Below are positions 36,565-44,897 of a DNA stretch of 64,000 nucleotides, piece by piece. The stretch's first letter is position 1, and every line of letters begins with the position of its first letter. The stretch is from Anaerolineales bacterium UBA6092 (GTDB lineage Bacteria > Chloroflexota > Anaerolineae > Anaerolineales > UBA4823), in NCBI GenBank assembly GCA_002428565.1, contig DIXA01000055.1:40436-104435 (forward strand), written 5' to 3'. A program made the position numbers and the translations under genes. The notes beneath the pieces were generated by a model. The model saw only the letters and a list, made by a program, of their open reading frames with translations. It was not told the DNA's origin and made no database searches.

Positions 36565-36753
36565 AGTTACTCCTCCTGACTCGGTTGTGAATGGTTGATA
36601 CGAAAACAGCGTATGTAAGATGATCGGTTCGTTATCGCCAAGACCAGCACCTCCTTTTCCGAGAAATTATGATTAAGGGCCGGGTAGATGCGAGGGAAAA
36701 CCCCCGCATGCTACCCACTCCTCTGACAGGCAGAGAACACCCTTAATTGTACC

Positions 36754-37707
36754 TTAAGGCACGATCAAAGTGCCGGTTTCGCCGCGCAATGCGCGGCCAA
36801 TATTTTCCGGATTGGTGATGAGCGCCTGCTTGCCGCCGTTGTCCAGGTACCACAGGATAGCCTGGATCTTGGGCGCCATGGAGCCTTTGGCAAAGTGCGT
36901 GCCTTCTGCCAGGTATGCCCTGGCTTCCGCGGCGGTCATGCGATCCAGCCACTTCTGCTCGGGCTTGCCAAAGTTGATCGCCACCTTCTCCACCGCGGTG
37001 GAGATGAGGAAGAGATCGGCGTTGATCTTGCTGGCGAGCAGGCTGCTGGCGTAATCCTTATCGATCACCGCCGCGGTGCCGACGTAATTGCCGCTGCCGT
37101 CATCCACCACCGGGATGCCGCCGCCGCCCACAGTGATCACCACCACACCCGCGTCCACCAGCGTGCGCACCGAATCAAGCTCCACTACCTCTTCGGGCAG
37201 GGGCGAGGCCACCACGCGCCGCCAGCCGCGCCCGGCATCTTCAACGATGTTCCAGCCCATCTCGGCCTCTCGGCGCTTGGCATCGGCTTCATCCATAAAG
37301 CCGCCAATGGGTTTGGAGGGGGTCTGGAAGGCTTTGTCGTTGCGGTTCACCAGCACCTGGGTGATCACGGTCGCCACGTTCTTCTGGATACCGCGGCGGT
37401 GCAGTTCATTTTGCAGCGTCTGCTGCAGGGCGTAACCGATGGCGCCCTGGCTGTCTGCGCCGCACACATCCAGCGGCACCTCGTGCATGCCCTCCACACG
37501 GGCGGCGATCTCGGAACGGCGCAGGATGAAGCCCACCTGCGGCCCGTTGCCGTGGCCAATGGCCACATCCCAGCCCGCCTCGATCATATCGGCGATGTGG
37601 AAGGTGGTTTCTTTGGCGGCCAGGTACTGATCTTCTACGGTCTGGTGGTTTTTATCTTTGATCAGCGAATTGCCGCCGATGGCAACCACTGCGATTTTCT
37701 TTTTCAT
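36754..37707 (-). CDS. arcC: Carbamate kinase
   Basis: ATG at 37707 (MKKKIAVVAIGGNSL) with GGAG upstream. The track start is farther upstream. Typical carbamate kinase architecture along the whole length. Confidence 0.9.
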   Translation of the reverse strand: MKKKIAVVAIGGNSLIKDKNHQTVEDQYLAAKETTFHIADMIEAGWDVAIGHGNGPQVGFILRRSEIAARVEGMHEVPLDVCGADSQGAIGYALQQTLQNELHRRGIQKNVATVITQVLVNRNDKAFQTPSKPIGGFMDEADAKRREAEMGWNIVEDAGRGWRRVVASPLPEEVVELDSVRTLVDAGVVVITVGGGGIPVVDDGSGNYVGTAAVIDKDYASSLLASKINADLFLISTAVEKVAINFGKPEQKWLDRMTAAEARAYLAEGTHFAKGSMAPKIQAILWYLDNGGKQALITNPENIGRALRGETGTLIVP

Positions 37708-37742
37708 CGTCAATTCTCCATTAAATATCAAATTTTTCTGTC

Positions 37743-37788
37743 GTAGTAGCGACTTCAGTCGCTGAGGGACGGCTGAAGCCGTACCTAC
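37743..37788. repeat. Hairpin cluster GTAG-[AGCGAC-TTCA-GTCGCT]-[ACGGC-TGAA-GCCGT]-CTAC, related to 29274-29341
   Basis: Read directly. Two tetraloop hairpins closed by a 4-bp outer helix, between the carbamoyltransferase stop and the carbamate kinase start. Confidence 0.55.
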
Positions 37789-37800
37789 AAAGTGCTATCT

Positions 37801-38781
37801 TTAGCGCATGGTCAGCGCCATAACGGCCTTCTGGGCGTGCAGGCGGTTCTCGGCCTCATCGTACACCACCGAGTTCGGGCCGTCCATCACGCCATCGGTC
37901 ACCTCAATGTTGCGGTCGGCGGGCAGCGGGTGCATATAGATGGCATCCGATTTCGCCAGGGCCATCTTGCGCTCGTCGGTGATCCAGTGGCTGTATTTCT
38001 TGATGATCTTGGCGCCTTCATCCGCATCGGGAGTGTGCACCATCGCGCCCCACGACTTGGCGTAGACGATATCGGCATCTTTGAAAGCCTCTTCCATATC
38101 GTTCACCACTTCAAAGCCCACACCGAACTTGCGCGCCTGCTCCTGGGCCTGATCCATGATCTCTGGCATCAGGCGGAACTCTGGCGGGTGCGCCAGCACC
38201 ACATCCAGGCCAAAGCGCGGCATCTGCAAGATCAGCGACTGCGGCACGCTCATCGGCTTCTGGTAAGAGGCGGCATACGCCCAGGAGACCACCATCTTCT
38301 TGCGGCGCAGATCGCGGCCCTTCTTCTCGATGATGGTCATCAGGTCAGCCAGGCACTGGAAGGGGTGGTAGACATCGCATTGCATGTTCAGCACCGGCAC
38401 GCGCGAAGCCTTCGCCACGGCGTTCAGGTAACCGTTGCCAATGGCCCAATCACAATGGCGGATGGCAATGCCATCATAATAGCGCCCAAAGATCTCGCCG
38501 ATCTCTTTGGGGGTATCGCCGTGGGAGATCTGGGTGCTCTTGCTCTCGATAAAAGCGCCGTGCCCGCCCAACTGAGCGATACCAGCCTCAAACGAGCCAC
38601 GCGTGCGCGTGCTGGAGAAGAAGAACAGCATCGCCAACACCTTGTCGCGCAGGTAGGCATGCGGCTCGCCCAGGGCGCGCTTGCGCTTCAGGTCAAAGGC
38701 CACATCCAATACGGTTTCCACTTCCTCCTTCGAAAAATCCAAATCGCCAATCAAATCTCGGTTTCTTAAGTCTGTTTGCAT
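37801..38781 (-). CDS. YgeW-like (knotted-type) carbamoyltransferase of the OTCase/ATCase superfamily
   Basis: 326 aa. SSTRTR carbamoyl-P motif, MQCDVYHPFQCLADL (HPxQ), VSWAYAASYQKPMSVPQS (close to the YgeW segment TWAYSPSYGKPLSVPQ as I recall it), and YMHPLPADR in place of HCLP. Confidence 0.75.
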   Translation of the reverse strand: MQTDLRNRDLIGDLDFSKEEVETVLDVAFDLKRKRALGEPHAYLRDKVLAMLFFFSSTRTRGSFEAGIAQLGGHGAFIESKSTQISHGDTPKEIGEIFGRYYDGIAIRHCDWAIGNGYLNAVAKASRVPVLNMQCDVYHPFQCLADLMTIIEKKGRDLRRKKMVVSWAYAASYQKPMSVPQSLILQMPRFGLDVVLAHPPEFRLMPEIMDQAQEQARKFGVGFEVVNDMEEAFKDADIVYAKSWGAMVHTPDADEGAKIIKKYSHWITDERKMALAKSDAIYMHPLPADRNIEVTDGVMDGPNSVVYDEAENRLHAQKAVMALTMR

Positions 38782-38811
38782 TTTTACTTTCTCCTTTGTG
38801 AACGAGTGATT

Positions 38812-40866
38812 CTAAGGGTTACAGCCAAGCTCCGCATAAAGCGCAGCAATGACCACATCCCTGTCAGAACTGGGTTGGGTTGCTTCAGCCAGGCGCCCCC
38901 ACACCAGGCACAGCGGCACGCTCATCTCCGGCGAGACGATCTGGGCCAGCCGCGTTTGCTCTTGCGCTTGCTGCCAGGCGCCGGTGTGGGCATAACCCTC
39001 GATGAAGGGGACGCGTTCCAGCGGGTCGTTGGGATAATCGCCCAGGGCAAAAGCCTGCTCGCCCAGGGCCACCACCTGCTCCCAATCACCCTGCTGGCGG
39101 GCCAGGTCGGCCTTCTCGAAATAATAGCACCAACCGTGCGCTGGTTCCGCGCCGTAAAAATCGGGCAGGATGCGCTGGCTGCCTGCGGGCGGGTCGGGCA
39201 AGATATACTGGGGGTCTGAAAGCACGGCAGCCTGCTGCATCATCACCGATAAGAGCGGCGACTCGGTATCCAGATTGGGGTTCAGCACGCGCAGGCAGGC
39301 GGGCGGCTCGTAATACACTGCCACCACCTGCGAGGTGCTGCCGTGGAAGGCTGCCGCCAGGTAATCCACATCGATCGGCAGGCCGCTGGTCAGGCTGGAA
39401 AGGCTCCCCCCCAGCCGCCGCTCTGGGTAGAGCAGCAGCAGGGACATCTCTTGCGAGGTGTTTTCAGAGGCGTAGATCCAGTTCAGCGGCGCGGTGAGCG
39501 AGTTATCGGTGTAATAATCCAGCGCGCCGGGTTGATTCATCATCACGATCGTGCCGGGCTCCAGGGCAGGCATGCGCCAGGCCATCTGCCAGAAGAAGCG
39601 CTCCTGCGCCACCCAGGCACGGCGGTAATCGTTGGCAACGGTGAAATGTTTGCCCGCTGCCAGGCTCACCAGCAGCACCAGCAGGCCCCAGCGCAGCCAG
39701 GCGCGGCCCGGCAGGGCTGCCAGCAGCCCGGCAACCAGCAGGCTGGCGCCAAACAGGAACGGCAGGGTGAAGCGGTCCATGGCAAAGGCCAGTTGCGGCA
39801 CAATGCCGATCAGCCAGATCGAGCCGCCGCCCGCCAGGCAGGCCAGCAGGCCCAGGAGCAGCGCCGGTTTGACCCAGGGCGGGCGCTGCGCGAGCATGTT
39901 CAGATCGCGCCGCGCCAGGTAGAAAGCTCCCGCCAGCAGCGCTGCCGCCGCCAGGACCACCAGCACCCCCAGCAGAATGGTGCGCATCCCCGCCGTCTGC
40001 ACATCGGGCAGGGCAAAAACGCTGGCCCAGGCGGCCACAATGGTCACCCACAGCGATTGGAGGATGCTCCACAGCAGCGCCAGGATGGCCTGCAGCGGCT
40101 GCTCGCCCAAATCCTGAAAGAAGCTCAGCTCGTAATTCTCGGTCTGATAGTTAAAGAAGAACAACCGCCACACCATCACACCGGCAAACAAAGCCAGGTA
40201 AGGCCAGGCGCTTTGCAGCGTGCGCCGCAGCCGCAAACGCCTCTCTGGCTGCTGGTCTGTGAGGGCAAGGTAGATCAACAGCGGGCGCAGCAGCTCGATC
40301 AGGAAGAAATATTCCATCGCCAGCAGATGATAGGCTGAGAGCAGCAGCGCCAGGAGGTGCAAAGCCCAGCCGCGGCGCCCCAGGCGGGCGGCTTTGACGC
40401 TCAACCACAACGAAAAGATGAAGATCGTCAGAACAATGAAAAAATGGCTGTAGAGCAATGCTATGGCCTGCTGCATAAAGCCCGGATACACCAGGAAGAG
40501 CAGGCTGCCCCAGGCGGCTGCCTGAGGATGAGACGGCCACACGGCGCGCAGCAAAAGCCAAAACGCCGCCGCGCTGGCCCAACGCCAGAACAAAGCCAGG
40601 AGCTGCCAGGCCAGCAGGTTCTGCCCGAATAGCGGGGTGGTGATCTCGTACAGCAGCCCCCACACCGGGCGATTGGTGGAGAAATAGCGCGCCAGGCCCT
40701 GCGGCCCAAACTGATTGGCAATCCAGGACATGGGATAATCGTCCCAATAAAAGCCCAACCAGGGGATCACCAGGCCGTAAGCCAGCACGGCCACCGCCAA
40801 GAGCAGCAGCGGGTGGATGCCCGCAGGCAGGCGCAGCCCGCCAGCCCGGCGCAAGAACTTAGCCAT
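38812..40866 (-). CDS. Polytopic membrane protein, GT-C-fold glycosyltransferase-like (ArnT/PMT/GT39-like) with a soluble C-terminal domain
   Basis: About 684 aa from ATG 40866, which overlaps the GT2 stop by 8 nt (the track start is farther upstream). At least 10 predicted TM helices and an early FYWDDYP loop. Confidence 0.6.
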   Translation of the reverse strand: MAKFLRRAGGLRLPAGIHPLLLLAVAVLAYGLVIPWLGFYWDDYPMSWIANQFGPQGLARYFSTNRPVWGLLYEITTPLFGQNLLAWQLLALFWRWASAAAFWLLLRAVWPSHPQAAAWGSLLFLVYPGFMQQAIALLYSHFFIVLTIFIFSLWLSVKAARLGRRGWALHLLALLLSAYHLLAMEYFFLIELLRPLLIYLALTDQQPERRLRLRRTLQSAWPYLALFAGVMVWRLFFFNYQTENYELSFFQDLGEQPLQAILALLWSILQSLWVTIVAAWASVFALPDVQTAGMRTILLGVLVVLAAAALLAGAFYLARRDLNMLAQRPPWVKPALLLGLLACLAGGGSIWLIGIVPQLAFAMDRFTLPFLFGASLLVAGLLAALPGRAWLRWGLLVLLVSLAAGKHFTVANDYRRAWVAQERFFWQMAWRMPALEPGTIVMMNQPGALDYYTDNSLTAPLNWIYASENTSQEMSLLLLYPERRLGGSLSSLTSGLPIDVDYLAAAFHGSTSQVVAVYYEPPACLRVLNPNLDTESPLLSVMMQQAAVLSDPQYILPDPPAGSQRILPDFYGAEPAHGWCYYFEKADLARQQGDWEQVVALGEQAFALGDYPNDPLERVPFIEGYAHTGAWQQAQEQTRLAQIVSPEMSVPLCLVWGRLAEATQPSSDRDVVIAALYAELGCNP

Positions 40867-41857
40867 TGCGGGCCTCGCTTTGGCTTGCAGGGGCGGCATC
40901 TTCCGGCCAGGTGCGCCGCACCAGGTAGAGCGGGCGGCGCTTCACTTCCTGAAAGATATAGCCCACGTAAATGCCAATAAAGCCCATGGTCACCATCAGG
41001 CTGCCGCCTACCACCAGCAGCACGAACATCAGCGAGGACCAGCCCGGAGCCAGCCCCGCCTGCTGCCCGGTGACCCAAAAACTGAGCACATAGATCATCT
41101 CTGCCAGCGCCAGCACCAGAAACAGCGCCCCCACCGAAATGCCAAAATACAGCGGGGCCAGGGAGAAGGAGAAGACAGCGTCCATCGCCAGGCGGAGCAT
41201 CTTGCCCAGCGAGTACTTGCTCTCTCCCGCCAGGCGCGCCGGCGGCTGGTACGGCAGGATCACCGTACGGTAGCCCATCCAGGCCACCATGCCGCGCAGC
41301 AGGCGGTGATATTCGCGCATGCCGCGCAGCGAGCGCACCACCGAGCGGGTGAGCAGGCGGAAATCTGCCGAGCCCGGCAAGATGTGCGTATCGCCCACGC
41401 GGTTGATCAAGCGGTAGAAGAGCGCCGAGGTCCAGCGCTTGAACGCCGAGACCTGGCGCTCTTCGATCCGCTGCGTTAATACGATATCATAGCCAGCCTG
41501 CGCCTGTTGGAGCATCTCACCGATCAGCGCCGGGGGGTGCTGGCCATCGCCATCCATGGTGATGACGCAGTCGCCCTCGGCCTGGTCCAGCCCGGCAGTC
41601 AGCGCGGCCTGGTGGCCAAAGTTGCGGCTTAATTCGATGATCCTCATGCGCGGCTCGCCCTGGGCGATCTGCGCCAGCACCTGCGCCGTGTTGTCGGTCG
41701 AGCCGTCGTTCACGTACCAGAAAGTGAACGCGTGCGGCAGACCGTCCACCGCCTGGCACAACTGCTGGTGAAAGGCGATCACGGCTTCTGCCTCGTTGTA
41801 CACCGGCACAACGATGGCAACTTGCAGCGCGGGTAAACCCGGAACAGGCTGGATCAA
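40859..41857 (-). CDS. GT2 glycosyltransferase, polyprenyl-phosphate sugar synthase type (GtrB-like), second copy
   Basis: 332 aa. VVPVYNE, YVNDGSTDNT, ITMDGDGQHPP, two C-terminal TM helices. The track start codon is TTG, so the start is uncertain. Confidence 0.8.
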   Translation of the reverse strand: MIQPVPGLPALQVAIVVPVYNEAEAVIAFHQQLCQAVDGLPHAFTFWYVNDGSTDNTAQVLAQIAQGEPRMRIIELSRNFGHQAALTAGLDQAEGDCVITMDGDGQHPPALIGEMLQQAQAGYDIVLTQRIEERQVSAFKRWTSALFYRLINRVGDTHILPGSADFRLLTRSVVRSLRGMREYHRLLRGMVAWMGYRTVILPYQPPARLAGESKYSLGKMLRLAMDAVFSFSLAPLYFGISVGALFLVLALAEMIYVLSFWVTGQQAGLAPGWSSLMFVLLVVGGSLMVTMGFIGIYVGYIFQEVKRRPLYLVRRTWPEDAAPASQSEARNG

Positions 41858-41865
41858 CGGATGGT

Positions 41866-42819
41866 TTACTCCATGGCTCCCAGCACCAACGCCAGCAGCG
41901 CCATGCGCATCACCACGCCGTTGAAGGCTTCCTGCCAGTAGCGCGACCAGCGGGTGATATCCACATCCACCGGCACCTCGTCCATGCGCGGCAGCGAGTG
42001 CAGCAGGATGGCATCGGAGCGGGCCTTGGTGGAGAGCAGTTCGCGGGTGATCTTGTAGTTGGCGGGGGTCAGGCCCAGGTCGCCCTTGCGCTCATCGCGC
42101 GACTTGGTGTAATCGGGCTGCACCACCGGCTCCACCAGGATCACATCGGCATCGGCAATGGCCTGCTCCACGTGCTCCACCTCGCGGAAGTCTACGCTGA
42201 AGCCCTTCAGCTCCTCTTTGAACTCGGGCGTCAGGCCCATATCGGGCGGGGAGACAAAGGTGATGGGGCAGTCAAACTGCGAGAGGGCATAGCCCAGCGA
42301 GTGCATGGTGCGCATGCGCATATCGCCCACCGCCAGCCAGTTCAAGCCGTCGATGGTGCCCTTCTCCTTCAGCACGGTGTACAGGTCGGTGAGGATCTGG
42401 GTGGGGTGTTCGCCCCAGCCGTCGCCGCCGTTGATGATGGGAATGCTGGCCCATTTGGCGGCTTCGTGCGGCGCGCCCTGCTGGAAATGGCGCATAACGA
42501 TCACATCGCCGTAGTATTCCAGCATCTTGACCGTGTCTTTGATCGACTCCTGGTAGAAGTCGCCGGCGCGGGTCATCTTGGCATCCGAGAAACCGGTCAC
42601 ATGCCCGCCCAGGCGGTGCATGGCGGCCTCGTGGGCCAGGCGGGTGCGGGTGCTGGGCTGGTAGAAAGCCGTCACCAGCGTTTTCTCTGCCAGCAGGTCA
42701 CTGTTGCGGCGGGTGGCAGCAATAGGCTCCAATTCCGCGGCTACATCGAACACATGGAAAAACTCGTTCCGTTCAAAATCCTTCAGAGAAAGAATGTCAC
42801 GACCAGCAAAACTACGCAT
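41866..42819 (-). CDS. Aspartate-carbamoyltransferase-like (PyrB paralogue) carbamoyltransferase with a divergent second-substrate pocket
   Basis: 317 aa. PSTRTR, GEHPTQILTDL, HSLPRMDEVPVDVD and a C-terminus very close to E. coli PyrB. However, the PyrB segments GKKGE and MTRVQKER are replaced by GDFYQE and VEPVVQPD. Confidence 0.75.
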   Translation of the reverse strand: MRSFAGRDILSLKDFERNEFFHVFDVAAELEPIAATRRNSDLLAEKTLVTAFYQPSTRTRLAHEAAMHRLGGHVTGFSDAKMTRAGDFYQESIKDTVKMLEYYGDVIVMRHFQQGAPHEAAKWASIPIINGGDGWGEHPTQILTDLYTVLKEKGTIDGLNWLAVGDMRMRTMHSLGYALSQFDCPITFVSPPDMGLTPEFKEELKGFSVDFREVEHVEQAIADADVILVEPVVQPDYTKSRDERKGDLGLTPANYKITRELLSTKARSDAILLHSLPRMDEVPVDVDITRWSRYWQEAFNGVVMRMALLALVLGAME

Positions 42820-42904
42820 ACCAAACTCCTTTTCTAGAATCTTGTTTTTTTTTGAGAGGCCAAAACACCCTCCACGGGGTGCTTTGGCCTCAAGTCAGCA
42901 CTTT

Positions 42905-44122
42905 TTATTTGATTTTTTCGCTCAAAATCTTGGGGAACAGGGCGTAAAATTCCGTCGCGGCCACCACATCGTCAAGCGGCACCTGCTCGTCATCGCGATG
43001 AGCAAACTTCTCGTCGCCGGGGCCAAACCCAATGCTGGGGATGCCCGCCTTGCCCGCCCAATAGGTGCCGTTGGTGGAGAAGTCCCACTTATCCAGGGAG
43101 CGCTTCTCACCCCATAACGTCTCAACCACGCTCTGCCCCACCTGCACCAAGGGGTGGTCATCTTCCAGCAGCCAGGCCGGGTAATACTTGGCCACCGGGA
43201 AGACGAAGCCGGTGTAGGAGGGCTCATCGTAGAACAACTCTTCCACCTTGATCTCCTCCTGCAGGTAATCGGGGATCAGCCCCTTGATCTGCGCGATGAC
43301 TTCATCATGCGGCTCGTTGGAGGTGATGCGGCGATCAAGGTAGATGGTGAACTGATCGGGCACGGCGTTGAGCGAGGCCGTGCGCACCGAGACATCCGTC
43401 ACAGCAATGGAAGGGTGCCCCTGCACCGGGTGCGACCCCATGCCAAAGCGGAAGCGGCGGTCCAGCTCGCGGATCTGGGTGATGATAGCCATCATCTTAT
43501 ACACGGCGTTATCGCCCAGGTAGTGCGAGGCGGCGTGCGCCGAGCGCCCAGAGGCGGTGATCTTCAACTCGATGCGCCCCTTGTGGCCGCGATCAACGTG
43601 CATCTTGGTCGGCTCGCCAATGACCACATAATCCGGGCGCACTTTGGGATCCACCTCCACAAAGGCGTTGGGAGCAAGGCCGTCACACCACTCTTCCATG
43701 TTGCCAAAGTAGTAGGCGGTGATGCCGTCCAGCCAGCCCAAATCCCTGGCGAACGCCAGCCCATACACCATGCCCGGCGTGGAGCCTTTTTCGTCGCAGG
43801 CGCCGCGCGCATAAAAGATGCCGTTCTCCACCTTGCCAATGAAGGGGTCCCACTGCCAGGTGTCTGGGTCGGCCAGGCCCACCGTGTCGATATGCGAGTC
43901 GTAGACGATGACGCGCTTGCCAGAGCCGATGCGCCCGAGAATATTGCCCATCTTGTCAAAGCGCACTTCGTCAAAGCCCAGCTGGTTCATCTCTGCGGCA
44001 ATGCGCTCGCCCACATCTTTCAACTGCCCCTCCATGCTGGGAATGGCGCAGATGTCGCGCATGAACTGGATGATATTGGCGCGGTTCTCTTCCACTTTTT
44101 GCTTTAGTTTTTGAATTTCCAT
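42905..44122 (-). CDS. YgeY-family M20 peptidase/amidohydrolase
   Basis: 405 aa. FMRDICAIPSMEG, DSHIDTVG, ARGACDEKG, DKWDFSTNG and GIPSIGFGPG match my recollection of E. coli YgeY (DKWTFSTNG, GIPVIGFGPG). Confidence 0.8.
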   Translation of the reverse strand: MEIQKLKQKVEENRANIIQFMRDICAIPSMEGQLKDVGERIAAEMNQLGFDEVRFDKMGNILGRIGSGKRVIVYDSHIDTVGLADPDTWQWDPFIGKVENGIFYARGACDEKGSTPGMVYGLAFARDLGWLDGITAYYFGNMEEWCDGLAPNAFVEVDPKVRPDYVVIGEPTKMHVDRGHKGRIELKITASGRSAHAASHYLGDNAVYKMMAIITQIRELDRRFRFGMGSHPVQGHPSIAVTDVSVRTASLNAVPDQFTIYLDRRITSNEPHDEVIAQIKGLIPDYLQEEIKVEELFYDEPSYTGFVFPVAKYYPAWLLEDDHPLVQVGQSVVETLWGEKRSLDKWDFSTNGTYWAGKAGIPSIGFGPGDEKFAHRDDEQVPLDDVVAATEFYALFPKILSEKIK

Positions 44123-44162
44123 TGCAGATCTCCCATCGAGGTATTTTTAGCCTTGCCCGGCC

Positions 44163-44879
44163 CTAAACCCGCCGGACCACATGGAACCGGAAATAGCCCG
44201 GCAGAAAATAAGAATATGAGTAATCGACCACGCGGCCGTTGCCGGCGTAGAGATAGGCCACAAACCGCAGGAGCACGTCGCCGCGCTGGATATGCATGGC
44301 TCGGGCCACGTCCACCGAAGCCGTGACGGCGTTGATCTCGCAGCGAGAGGAGGCCAACGGCGGATTGCCCTGCTTGAGCAGCAGATCCAGCACCGAGCCG
44401 GTAAAATCCACCTCGAGCGCTTTGGGAGAGAGCACGTCCTCCGGCAGAGTATCCACCAGGTAGGCCGCGGAATGATCCTGGGCCATGATCACGCGCCGCA
44501 CGCAGATCACGCCGCTTTCCAGTTCGATATTCAAAGCCTGGGCTTCTTCTTCCGTGGGGGTGCGGGGGTCAATGTGCAGCTCGCCCAACGAGACGGGCAG
44601 GCCAATGTGCCGGGCCAGCGTTTCGATGCTTTGCAGCACTTCCAGGCCGCTGTCGATCACCTGGGTGGGGTGCGTGACATAGGTGCCAGAACCCTGCCGG
44701 CGGTAGATCATGCCCTGGGTCTCGAAGGCACGCATGGCCTCGCGCAGGGTGGCCCGCGAGACGCTCATGCGGCGGGCCAGTTCTGGCTCGGAGGGCAGGC
44801 GCTCGCCCGGGGCCGAATCGGCGATCAGCCGGGCCAGGTTTTCGTGCAAACGCTGAGAGGTTGAGAGAACGCTCACCAT
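44163..44879 (-). CDS. GntR-family transcriptional regulator (HutC/FarR-type, UTRA effector domain)
   Basis: 238 aa. LPSEPELARRMSVSRATLREAMRAFETQGMIYRRQGSGTYV winged helix, with a UTRA-like C-terminal half. Confidence 0.85.
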   Translation of the reverse strand: MVSVLSTSQRLHENLARLIADSAPGERLPSEPELARRMSVSRATLREAMRAFETQGMIYRRQGSGTYVTHPTQVIDSGLEVLQSIETLARHIGLPVSLGELHIDPRTPTEEEAQALNIELESGVICVRRVIMAQDHSAAYLVDTLPEDVLSPKALEVDFTGSVLDLLLKQGNPPLASSRCEINAVTASVDVARAMHIQRGDVLLRFVAYLYAGNGRVVDYSYSYFLPGYFRFHVVRRV

Positions 44880-44897
44880 GATTGACCGCTGATCGGT

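Noticed and set aside
36565-36753. Possible purine riboswitch or other leader upstream of the BMP ABC operon
   Set aside because: Reading the minus strand, I could not find the conserved purine-riboswitch junction/loop sequences. I found only an imperfect hairpin (36682-36716) after the carbamate kinase gene and a weak promoter-like TTGGCG...TACATA.
42852-42892. Imperfect hairpin between the YgeY and PyrB-like genes considered as an intrinsic terminator
   Set aside because: On the transcribed (minus) strand it is followed by an A-run, not a U-run. The T-runs flank it only on the plus strand, where no gene ends. Its function is undetermined.
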